From NCBI GenBank assembly GCA_963739455.1, contig CAVUAK010000001.1, positions 1,696,001 through 1,760,000 of the forward strand: a stretch of DNA of 64,000 bases. The letters run 5' to 3'. Every line of letters starts with the position of its first letter. Positions within the stretch are counted from its first letter, which is position 1. This stretch comes from an uncultured Gemmatimonadales bacterium. Its GTDB lineage: Bacteria; Gemmatimonadota; Gemmatimonadetes; Gemmatimonadales; GWC2-71-9. The position numbers were made by a program, and so were the translations under genes. This document shows positions 55,588-64,000 of this stretch, one piece after another. Below the pieces are notes generated by a model, which saw only the letters and a program-made list of their open reading frames with translations, made no database searches and was not told the DNA's origin.

Positions 55588-57847
55588 ATGCTTCGTGCGC
55601 TTCTCTTCAGTGCCGTCCTCCTTTCAGCGGCGCCCGTTCGCCTGTCCGACGATCTCATCTGGGGGTTCACCCCCGAGGCTTCGCGAGTCCAGCGGGAGTG
55701 GGAGGCGCGATTCGCTGCGATGCCATCGGCCGACAGCGCCCGCAGCTACATGCGTCGCCTGAGCAGTCAGCCGCACCACCTCGGCTCGCCAGCGGGACGG
55801 GCCAATGCGGAGTGGATCCGCGACCAGTTCCGTGCATGGGGCTGGACCGCGGACATCGAGGTGTTCCATGTCCTGTTCCCGGTGCCGAAGCTCCGCCATC
55901 TCGAGCTGCTGGCACCGACTCGCTTCGTGGCGAAGCTCCAGGAGCCGGCGATTCCGGGCGATCCCACCACGTCACAGCGGGGGCAGCTCCCCACGTACAA
56001 CGCCTATTCGATCGACGGCGACGTGACGGCACCACTCGTCTACGTGAACTACGGCATCCCCGCCGACTACGAGCGACTCGACCGCCTGGGCATCTCGGTG
56101 AAGGGTGCCATTGTCATTGCGAAGTACGGAATGTCGTGGCGCGGCATCAAGCCGAAGGTGGCCGCGGAACACGGCGCGATCGGTTGCATTCTCTACTCCG
56201 ATCCGAACGACGACGGCTATCACGCGGGCGAGGAATATCCCAAGGGAGGGATGCGCCCCGCGGAGGGAGTGCAGCGCGGAAGCGTCATGGACATGCCGGT
56301 GCGCACCGGCGACCCGCTCACCCCGAACGTGGGTGCCACTGACAGTGCCACGCGGCTCGACCGGTCCCAGGCCGAGACGATCACCCGCATTCCGGTGCTG
56401 CCGATCTCCTGGAGCGATGCGCGGCCGCTCCTCATGGCGATCGGCGGTCGTGTGGCCCCATGCAGAGTGGCAGGGCGGGCTCCCCTTCACGTACCACGTT
56501 GGCCCCGGGCCGGCGCGCGTCCGGCTCGCCGTACAGTTCGACTGGCAGATCGTGCCCGCCTACGATGTCATTGCGCGCCTGCCCGGCGCCGTCGAGCCCG
56601 ATCTGTGGGTCGTGCGGGGCAATCACCACGATGCCTGGGTCAATGGCGCGGCTGATCCGGTGTCGGGGCTCGTGGCGGAACTCGAGGAAGCCCGTGCACT
56701 CGGTGCGCTGTATCGGGAGGGGTGGCGCCCGCGGCGGACGATTGTCTACGCCGCCTGGGATGGCGAGGAGCCGATCCTGCTCGGCTCAACGGAGTGGGCC
56801 GAGCAGCATGCCGATGAGCTCCGCACCAGGGCAGTGGCCTACTTGAACAGCGACGTGAACGATCGCGGCTTCCTCGACCTGAGCGGATCGCACGTGCTCG
56901 AGCGCCTGCTCAACCAGGTGGCCGTCGCCGTCGCCGATCCCGAGACGGGCCTGACGGTTCAGCGGCGCGTTCGACTCGCGCGCGATCAGCACGGCGGCCG
57001 CCGGCGACCGCGGCGACATCCGTGGCCGCTCCGACGTGCAGCTCGAGGCGCTCGGTTCGGGCTCCGATTTCACGCCCTTCCTCCAGCATCTCGGCATCCC
57101 GTCGGCAAACCTCGGGTTTGGCGGTGAGCAGCCGGGCAGTGGCGGCGTCTACCACTCCATCTACGACACTTTCACCTGGTACGGGCAGTTTGGCGATTCC
57201 AGCTTTGCCTATGGAAGGGCGCTGGCACTGGTGACGGGACTCTCCGTCATGCGCCTCGCATCGGCGGACGTCGTGCCCTACCAGTTCGGCGCACTTGCCG
57301 ATGCGGTGGACAAGTACACGGCCGAGGTGAAGCAGCTGCTGGCATCGAAGGGTGACGAGGCGCGGGAGCGCAACCGGCAGCTCGACGAAGGCGTGTTCCA
57401 GGCGGTTCGAGATCCGCGCGCGCCCGAGATGGCGCCTCCGCGCGATAGCGTTCCGCCCTTCCTCAACTTCGCGCCGCTCGACAACGCGCTCGCCTCGCTG
57501 CGCATCGCTGCGGGACGCTATGACTCCGTTGCCGCGGGGCGACTGATGCAGGGAACGTCCATCGCCAATGCTGAGCTCGCCGCGCTCAATGCGCAGCTGT
57601 TGCAGGTGGAGCGCGCACTGACCGAGCCCGCGGGGCTGCCCGGGACGGCCCTGGTACCAGCACACGCATCTATGCGCCGGGGCTTTACACCGGATATGGA
57701 GTGAAGACGCTGCCGGGCATTCGCGAGGCGATCGAACAGGGGCAGTGGACCACGGCGGAGGCGCAGATCGTGGTGGTCGCGGCGGCGGTGCAGCGCGCCG
57801 CGGACCGGATCGCGAGGGCGAGAGAAATGGTGGATCAGCTGCGCTGA
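55588..57847 (+). CDS. M28 peptidase (glutamate carboxypeptidase II-like; PA and TfR dimerisation domains); frameshifts
   Basis: PHHLGS, YVNYG, VQRGSV, GNHHDAW, WDGEE, GSGSDF, YHSIYD. Confidence 0.88.
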
Positions 57848-58489
57848 CTACTGCGCGGGCGCCGTCCTCACTGCGTAAATGGAGTCGAGGATCTGCCGGA
57901 ACACCGCCACTGGCTGCGCGCCCGGCAGGAGGCCACCCTCGATGTAGAAGCTCGGCGTGCTCGACGCGCCCGCCTGCGTCGCACCCCTCGCGTCGCTCGC
58001 CACCTCATCGAGGGTCGCTCGGTCGACGAGGCACTTCCGGAAGGCGTCGGGCGGGATCGAAGCCGAGTCGGCCAGCGTCAGGAAGAAGGCCCCCGGCTCC
58101 GTCAGCGGTGCCCAGGTCGGCTGGTTCCGGAACAGCAGGTCGTGTACTTCCCAGAACTTGCCGTTCTTCGCCGCGCACATCGCCACCTCGGCCGCCGCGG
58201 TGGCGTTCGGGTGGATCATCGACAGCGGGAAATTGATGAACACCCAGCGCACCTTGCCGGTGGAGATGTAGTCGCGATCGAGCTCAGGGAAGGTATTCAG
58301 CGCGAATCGCCGGCAGTACGGGCACTGGAAGTCCGACATTTCGTAGACGGTGATCGGTGCCGTGGCGACGCCACGAGTGCGCGGCACGAGTGAGGCGGCG
58401 GTCTCGGCAGCTGTCTGCGCCGCGAGGGGCGCCGCCATGAGGATGAGCGCGCCTGTCATGCAGCGGCGGAGACTTGAGGCAATCGACAT
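57848..58489 (-). CDS. DsbA family oxidoreductase
   Basis: SDFQCPYC, HPNA, STPSF, GAQP. Confidence 0.9.
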   Translation of the reverse strand: MSIASSLRRCMTGALILMAAPLAAQTAAETAASLVPRTRGVATAPITVYEMSDFQCPYCRRFALNTFPELDRDYISTGKVRWVFINFPLSMIHPNATAAAEVAMCAAKNGKFWEVHDLLFRNQPTWAPLTEPGAFFLTLADSASIPPDAFRKCLVDRATLDEVASDARGATQAGASSTPSFYIEGGLLPGAQPVAVFRQILDSIYAVRTAPAQ

Positions 58490-58501
58490 GTGCGTTCCGG
58501 T

Positions 58502-59245
58502 TCAGTAACGGTTGCGTCGGCGGGCGTTCTCCGGCGACAACACCAGGCTGTCGCCCCGCACGGGGACATTCCAGTACCACTCGGCGTTCGGATCGAGCGC
58601 ATCCCACGAGCGCGCATAGATCCACCAGCGACCCTTCTTCAGCACGAGCGTGACGCTGCCATCGGCGCTGGTTGTGTCCGTCGCCGGGAGCAAGCCAGCG
58701 TTGCGCGACAGCTCCTGCGTGATCTTCTCGTAGTCTCCGTAGGTGCTATCTTCCCACGCCCGTAGCGCAAGGCGGGTGCTGTCGGACCTGGCGCCAAAGG
58801 CGGCTCGCGCGGTCTTGAGCGCAGCTTGCAGCGAATCACGCTTCCGGTCAGCGGCGGCGCGCTCGGTTCCGAGCGTCACGAACGAGCCGTACAGCTTGCG
58901 GTATTCGGGCGATTCGCGGGGCAGCGAATCGAGCACTGCCTTGATCTGGCCGAGCGAGTCCTGCAGCGTCGTCGACTTTTCGGCCGCCACGGCATACGCG
59001 GCGAAGGGTCGCTGGAACCGGGCGAAGAGGCTGTCCAGTGACGCTACATCGGGGCGCAGCGATGTTGCCCTTGCCGCCAGGGCCCCCATGAGGGAGTCGC
59101 GGTCATAGGGCAGAGCAACCAGTGCGACACCGGGTGCCGGCTCGAGCCGGCCATCGACCGCGGGAATGAGCGCTCGCACATGGACGCGAGTGGTGCTCTG
59201 GCAGGCCGCAAGGACGAGGAGGAGTATTGGGAGTGAGCGTGGCAC
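58502..59245 (-). CDS. Hypothetical lipoprotein
   Basis: LAAC lipobox, coiled-coil middle, GRWWIYAR..YWNVPV. Confidence 0.7.
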   Translation of the reverse strand: MPRSLPILLLVLAACQSTTRVHVRALIPAVDGRLEPAPGVALVALPYDRDSLMGALAARATSLRPDVASLDSLFARFQRPFAAYAVAAEKSTTLQDSLGQIKAVLDSLPRESPEYRKLYGSFVTLGTERAAADRKRDSLQAALKTARAAFGARSDSTRLALRAWEDSTYGDYEKITQELSRNAGLLPATDTTSADGSVTLVLKKGRWWIYARSWDALDPNAEWYWNVPVRGDSLVLSPENARRRNRY

Positions 59246-59256
59246 GGCGCAAAGGT

Positions 59257-60069
59257 ATGCTCGCTGGACTGGTGCTTCAACTTGTACTCCTCGCGGCGCC
59301 GCTTGCGGCGCAGGAGGGGGTCGAGCAGCTGTTCCCGGCCCAGCCCACCGGGTACCTCACCGATGTCGCCGGCGTCGTGGATCCGGCAAGTGCTGCGCGC
59401 ATCGAAAGCATCGGTCGCACGCTGCGCGAGAAGACTGGCGCCGAGCTGGCGGTGGTCACCCTCCCCACGATTGGCCGGTTCGAGGCATCCGACGTTGCCC
59501 TGGTCGTCGGGCGTCGCTGGGGCGTTGGGGCGAAAGCCGAGGTCGGCGACAAGCTCCGGAATGCTGGCGTCGTCGTGCTCCTCGTGCCCAAGCGTGAGGG
59601 GCAATCCGGCAAGATCCGGCTCGAGGTGGGCGACGGGTTGCAGGGCGTCCTCACGGACGCCACGTCCGGGCGCATCCGCGACGCCATGCGTCCACAGCTC
59701 GCCGCTGGCGAGTATGGACCGGGCCTGCTCATCGGGGTCGAGGCCATCGCCGCGCTGGTGGCGCAGGACCTCGGCGTTCGGGACTCGACACTCGTCCCGG
59801 CTAGCCCGGTCTCCGCTGGTGCCGGTCCACCGATCTTCCTGGTCTTGCTCCTCGTCTTCGTCTTCCTGGCGATCATGATGGCTGTTGCCGGGTCGGCGAA
59901 GCGAGGCGGGACTCGGGGCCGCCGGCCACGGGTATATTGGGGCCCGGGCATCGGCGGTGGCGGTTGGGGCGGGGGCGGTGGCTTCGGGGGCGGGGGTGGT
60001 GGCGGCGGATTCGGTGGCTTCGGTGGTGGTGGCGGCTTCAGCGGTGGCGGGGCAGGAGGGAGTTTCTAG
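59257..60069 (+). CDS. TPM domain protein (YgcG-like) with Gly-rich tail
   Basis: PTGYLTDVAG, WGVG, RLEVGDGLQGVLTD, GGGGFSGGGAGGSF. Confidence 0.9.
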   Translation: MLAGLVLQLVLLAAPLAAQEGVEQLFPAQPTGYLTDVAGVVDPASAARIESIGRTLREKTGAELAVVTLPTIGRFEASDVALVVGRRWGVGAKAEVGDKLRNAGVVVLLVPKREGQSGKIRLEVGDGLQGVLTDATSGRIRDAMRPQLAAGEYGPGLLIGVEAIAALVAQDLGVRDSTLVPASPVSAGAGPPIFLVLLLVFVFLAIMMAVAGSAKRGGTRGRRPRVYWGPGIGGGGWGGGGGFGGGGGGGGFGGFGGGGGFSGGGAGGSF

Positions 60070-60792
60070 ATGGCGGACTCGTGGGAAGCGATCGTTGCGT
60101 CACTGGTGAACGACCTCGACCAGTCGCTGGCCGGGCGCTACAGCGCGGTGCTGTACGGTTCCGCGGCGCGTGGTGACTGGGTGGCGGGCGTCTCTGATAT
60201 CAACCTGTTGCTCGTGCTTGACGATACGTCGCCGGCCGCGTTGCGAGGGTTGAGCAAGGCGTTCGCCGGGTGGCGGACGAGCGGCAATATCCCGCCGCTC
60301 GTGTTCAGCCGCGAGGAGTGGAGCGGTGCGTCCGACGCCTTCCCGATCGAGGTGACCGACATCCTGCACGCCTACAAGGTGGTCAAGGGTGCGGACCCGG
60401 TCGCCGGTATGCGCGTGGCCCCTGCCGACCTGCGCACGCTGCTGGAGCATGAATTTCTCGGCAAGCTCGTGCAGTTGCGGCGCGGCTACGTGGCGCTCGC
60501 CAGCGAGCGGGCCGCGCTGGCCCAGCTCGGCACAGCGAGTGTGTCAACCATCGTGCTCCTGCAGCGGGCGCTCCTGGCCCTGCTGGGACGACCGGTGCCA
60601 CAGGGCACGGAAGCAGTGGTGCAGGAAGCGTCGATCGCGGTGGGCGCACATCCTTCGGCCCAGCTCGAGTTCGTGCGGCATCGCGCAGACCAGAAGTGGA
60701 TGGCGACGCCGGAACAGTTCGAAGCGTACCTGGCGGCCGTCGAAACGGCCGCGCGATATGTGAATCACCTTCAGCTTGGAGCAGGGTCATGA
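60070..60792 (+). CDS. Pol-beta-type nucleotidyltransferase domain protein
   Basis: LYGSAARGDW..SDINLLLVL, DAFPIE. Confidence 0.8.
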   Translation: MADSWEAIVASLVNDLDQSLAGRYSAVLYGSAARGDWVAGVSDINLLLVLDDTSPAALRGLSKAFAGWRTSGNIPPLVFSREEWSGASDAFPIEVTDILHAYKVVKGADPVAGMRVAPADLRTLLEHEFLGKLVQLRRGYVALASERAALAQLGTASVSTIVLLQRALLALLGRPVPQGTEAVVQEASIAVGAHPSAQLEFVRHRADQKWMATPEQFEAYLAAVETAARYVNHLQLGAGS

Positions 60793-61352
60793 AGCGTGTG
60801 CGTGTGCTGGGGGCGGCACTGCTTGTTGCATTTGCGACAACCGGGTGCGGCTACAACCAGATCCAGACCAAGGACGAGGCCGTCAACAAGGCCAAGGGCA
60901 ACATCGAGACCCAGCTGCAGCGCCGGGTCGACCTGATTCCGAACCTGGTCGAGACCGTGAAGGGCGCGGCCGCCCAGGAAACGACGGTCTTCAACGGCAT
61001 CGCCGCGTCCCGGGCCAAGCTCTCCGGCGCCATCCAGTCGGGTGACGTCAGCCAGATGGCTGAGGCCAACGCCGCGGTCCGGTCCGACCTCGGTCGCCTG
61101 CTCGCCATCGTCGAGAACTACCCGACGCTCAAGTCGAGCGACGCCTTCCGCCAGCTGCAGGACCAGCTGGAAGGCACCGAGAATCGCATCCAGGTGGCCC
61201 GGCAGGACTACAACGCCTCGGTGAACGACTACAACGCGTTCATCCGGCAGTTCCCCACCAACCTCACCGCGAAGATCTTCGGCCTGGACAAGCCACGCCC
61301 GTACTTCGAGGCTGAGGCCGGTGCCCAGGAAGCGCCCAAGGTGAAGTTCTAG
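60789..61352 (+). CDS. lemA: LemA family protein
   Basis: GCGYN, QRRVDLIPNLVETVKG, ENYPTLKS, LEGTENRI, FPTN. Confidence 0.93.
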   Translation: MKRVRVLGAALLVAFATTGCGYNQIQTKDEAVNKAKGNIETQLQRRVDLIPNLVETVKGAAAQETTVFNGIAASRAKLSGAIQSGDVSQMAEANAAVRSDLGRLLAIVENYPTLKSSDAFRQLQDQLEGTENRIQVARQDYNASVNDYNAFIRQFPTNLTAKIFGLDKPRPYFEAEAGAQEAPKVKF

Positions 61353-61354
61353 GC

Positions 61355-61889
61355 ATGCCGCGCATGCGCATCGGGTATGTTGTGGTGACGGCGATGCTCG
61401 CGGCCTGTGGCCGCGGCACTCCGTCGGCTGCTGCTGACACCACCGCCGCCGCCGCAGTGCCGGCTGCAGCACAGGCGATGCCAGCTCCGGCCGGTGAGCT
61501 CGCCTCCGGTCGCACCTTCAATTCGCTGCTCGGCGACTTCGAGTTCGCCGTTCCCGACGTCTGGGAGCAGCGCTATACCGCCACCGAGCGGGTCAGTGCT
61601 CCGGAGTATCCCGGCGCAAAGTCGGTCTCCGAGTTCATGTTCCTGCCGCATGTCGGGTGGGACGCCACCGGTGCTGCTCACGATCATCCAGTACCCTGAG
61701 GCGGGCTGGAAGACCGTGTCCGGTTCCGGTAAGGCGGTGGGGTCAGTGGTGGCCGAGGCAGGCGGACGCGTATTCGTGGCCCAGTTGCTGTCGTCCAATC
61801 CCTTCCCGGCCGGCAGCGAAGACGCAGTCGCGATTGCGCCGATGCTGTTGACGGCGGAACAGGTGCAGAAGGCGATGAGGGTGAAATAG
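61355..61889 (+). CDS. Hypothetical lipoprotein (frameshift near 61660)
   Basis: LAAC lipobox, Ala/Pro linker. Confidence 0.6.
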
Positions 61890-61998
61890 GACGTGAAGAC
61901 GTGAAGACTTGAGGACGTGAAGTGAAAGCGAGAGGCCCCGGCGAATGCCGGGGCCTCATTGTTTTCTTCAAGCCCTCACGCCTTCAAGCCCTCAAGCC
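61889..61998. repeat. Inverted octamer arrays flanking a bidirectional terminator
   Basis: (RGACKTGA)4 at 61889-61920, hairpin GAGGCCCCGGC-GAAT-GCCGGGGCCTC at 61932-61957, (TCAMGCCY) x about 4 at 61968-61998. Confidence 0.8.
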
Positions 61999-62921
61999 TA
62001 GTCCACGATTGCCCGGTCGGACAGGATGTAGCGAAGGGGATCGACCGGCTGGCCGTTCACCAGCACCTCGTAGTGCAGGTGCGGACCGGTCGAGAGGCCG
62101 GTGTTGCCCACGAGGGCGATCTGCTGGCCCCGCGTCACCTTGGCGCCGGTACCGACGACCAGCTTGGAGCAGTGCGCGTACTTGGTACGGATGCCGAAGC
62201 CGTGGTCGATGATGATCACGTTGCCATAGCCGGTTTCGCGGCCGGAGAAGACCACGGTGCCGGACGCCGGTGCCTCGATGGGCGTGCCCATGGGGGTGGC
62301 GACGTCGATGCCCTCGTGCGGCCGGGACATGTGCAGGATCGGATGCTCGCGCATCGACGAGAACGCGCTCGTCAGCCAGCCCTGGGTCGGCATGATCGAT
62401 GGCGTGGCAGCCATGCGGTCGCGATGCGAGGCGAGGCTGTCGGCGGCCTCGCTGAACGATCGGGAGAGCAGGTCGGCCCGGCGTACCAGGGCGTTGATGT
62501 CCACCCGGACCTGGTCGGCATGCTCGGACAGTGGGTCGGCATCCACCCAGCTGGGGCGGGGAGCGGCTGGACCACCGATACCGGCCGAATGCACTTCCGG
62601 ATTGAGCGGCTCCAGGCCAGCGAGCACCCGGATTTGCGCATCGTGACGTGAAATCGTGTTGATCGTATCGGTCAGGGCGCCAAGGCGGGCATTGAGGCGA
62701 CCAAGTTCATCTGCGAGGTGGTTCCGGCGGGTCAGGAGCCCTTCATCGAACCCCGTCTGCGCCGAGCGATAGGCCAGTGCATAGCCTGTCAGGATCGCGA
62801 CGCCCAAAACCACCGCAAGCCCGATCGCGCCGAGGCGCAGCCAGGAGCTGGTGACTTCGAGAATTCGCGAGCGCTCCGTCCCATGCGGGATGAGCATGAC
62901 AGTCCAGCGACGCTTGGCCAT
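61998..62921 (-). CDS. M23 family metallopeptidase
   Basis: HEGID, TKYAH, GNTGLSTGPHLHYEV. Confidence 0.92.
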   Translation of the reverse strand: MAKRRWTVMLIPHGTERSRILEVTSSWLRLGAIGLAVVLGVAILTGYALAYRSAQTGFDEGLLTRRNHLADELGRLNARLGALTDTINTISRHDAQIRVLAGLEPLNPEVHSAGIGGPAAPRPSWVDADPLSEHADQVRVDINALVRRADLLSRSFSEAADSLASHRDRMAATPSIMPTQGWLTSAFSSMREHPILHMSRPHEGIDVATPMGTPIEAPASGTVVFSGRETGYGNVIIIDHGFGIRTKYAHCSKLVVGTGAKVTRGQQIALVGNTGLSTGPHLHYEVLVNGQPVDPLRYILSDRAIVD

Positions 62922-62989
62922 CGATCTCCAGAACAGGAGCGGGACGGAGGGGAACGACTCCCCTGAAGGGCAAGAAAAAGGCCGAGGGA

Positions 62990-63017
62990 AAGATAGCCCC
63001 CACCTAACCGATGTCAA
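62990..63017 (-). promoter_or_regulatory. sigma70 promoter for M23 gene
   Basis: TTGACA-N16-TATCTT. Confidence 0.55.
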
Positions 63018-63074
63018 GGAAAGCATTCAATAGCTATTGTGTTGTGCCGCAATAACTTACGCCGATTCAGGTGC

Positions 63075-64000
63075 TCACGTAGCAGATTGGGGCTTTGGAA
63101 AGAGCCCTTCGGGCTTTTTCACCACCCACCCGTCGACCGCAGGGGCCGTGGCTGTTTCCCACGCCATCGATTGCGCGGCCCCGGGAGCACCCAGGAGAGC
63201 CCACAATTCAGCGCTCTTTCCCGGCATGAACGGTGTTGAGAGTACGGCGAGTCGCGCGAGGCAGCGGGCCAGCGCGCCGAGTGCTGCATCGAGCGCCGCG
63301 GCGTCGCCGTTCTTCGCCAGAGTCCAGGGAGCGTTCTGCACAATGAAGACATTTGCAGCGCTGACGAGCTGGCCCATCAACTCCGCGGCACCGCTCAGGT
63401 CGAGCGCGTCCATGCGCTCCGCGTAGGCGCTGACAACTTCCGCGCCCACGGCGTCGAGGGAGGTCTCTGGAGCCGTTCCCGGTACCGCGCCCTCGCGGTA
63501 CTTGAGGATCATCGCGAGCGAACGCGACGCAAGGTTGCCCAGGCCATCAGCGAGTTCGGATGTGTACCGCTCCTCGAACCGCTCCCAACTGAAGTTGCCG
63601 TCGCTGTCCCAGGGGATCTCGCGCAGCAGGTAGTAGCGGAAGGCATCGGGCCCGAACCGGTCGATCGCCTCGTTCAGGTCGAGCTTCACGCCCGCGCTCT
63701 TGCTGAAGCGTTCGCCGCCCAGGTGCACGAATCCGTGCGCCCATACCTGCCCGGGCAGGGGAAGCCCTGCAGCCTCGAGCATCGCGGGCCAGATGACGCA
63801 GTGGAAGCGGGTGATGTCCTTGCCGACGACGTGCAGCTGCGCCGGCCACGTGGCACCGGAACCCGGGACGTGCGTGGCGGTCCAGTAGTTCGGCAGGGCG
63901 TCGAACCAGACGTACGTCGTCTGCTGCTGTCCGTCGCTGGTGGGGCGCGGAAAGGGCACGCCCCAGCCGAGTCGCGCCCGGCTGGCGGACACATCCTCGA
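63075..64000 (-). CDS. metG: Methionine-tRNA ligase, C-terminal part (5' end outside window)
   Basis: WGVPFP, YVWFDAL, GKDITRFH, RFSKS, LADGLGNL, LFPK. Confidence 0.92.
   Translation of the reverse strand, partial: EDVSASRARLGWGVPFPRPTSDGQQQTTYVWFDALPNYWTATHVPGSGATWPAQLHVVGKDITRFHCVIWPAMLEAAGLPLPGQVWAHGFVHLGGERFSKSAGVKLDLNEAIDRFGPDAFRYYLLREIPWDSDGNFSWERFEERYTSELADGLGNLASRSLAMILKYREGAVPGTAPETSLDAVGAEVVSAYAERMDALDLSGAAELMGQLVSAANVFIVQNAPWTLAKNGDAAALDAALGALARCLARLAVLSTPFMPGKSAELWALLGAPGAAQSMAWETATAPAVDGWVVKKPEGLFPKPQSAT

Noticed and set aside
59940..60066. GGN-rich tract as a DNA repeat element
   Set aside because: Encodes the normal Gly-rich tail of TPM proteins.
60070..60792. Nucleotidyltransferase as an MNT-HEPN toxin-antitoxin or CBASS component
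   Set aside because: No HEPN RxxxxH partner or effector nearby; context is TPM/LemA.

Overview
High-GC chromosomal window, most likely from a Gemmatimonadota bacterium (inferred from the eukaryote-like Ser/Thr kinase-TPR gene, the Bat/MoxR cluster and the gene neighbourhoods; not proven). Many conserved genes (kdpABC, atpA/G/D, waaA, sigma factor and others) carry 1-bp frameshifts, which points to uncorrected long-read indel errors rather than pseudogenes. Contents: intradiol dioxygenase, SDR, an AraC-linked operon, tRNA-Arg(CCG), CHAD and phosphodiesterase genes, kdpFABCDE, a MoxR-DUF58-Bat cluster, a kinase, an IorAB-type molybdoenzyme, a PAS histidine kinase plus a response regulator with an unrecognised output domain, stress genes, six more tRNAs, a sigma70-family factor, mlaEFD, an F1-only atpAGDC block followed by outer-membrane beta-barrel genes, waaA, several envelope proteins, TPM-nucleotidyltransferase-LemA, an M23 peptidase and partial metG. 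No integrase, transposase, CRISPR array or rRNA was seen. The most interesting unexplained signals are non-coding: (i) two similarly built promoter-hairpin-terminator RNA elements pointing outward on either side of the two-component system; (ii) a ~180-nt structured transcript carrying a perfect 13-nt complement of the 16S rRNA 3' end and a 20-codon ORF; (iii) strand-polarised 8/9-mer tandem arrays in intergenic regions; (iv) a recurrent leaderless-mRNA promoter signature.
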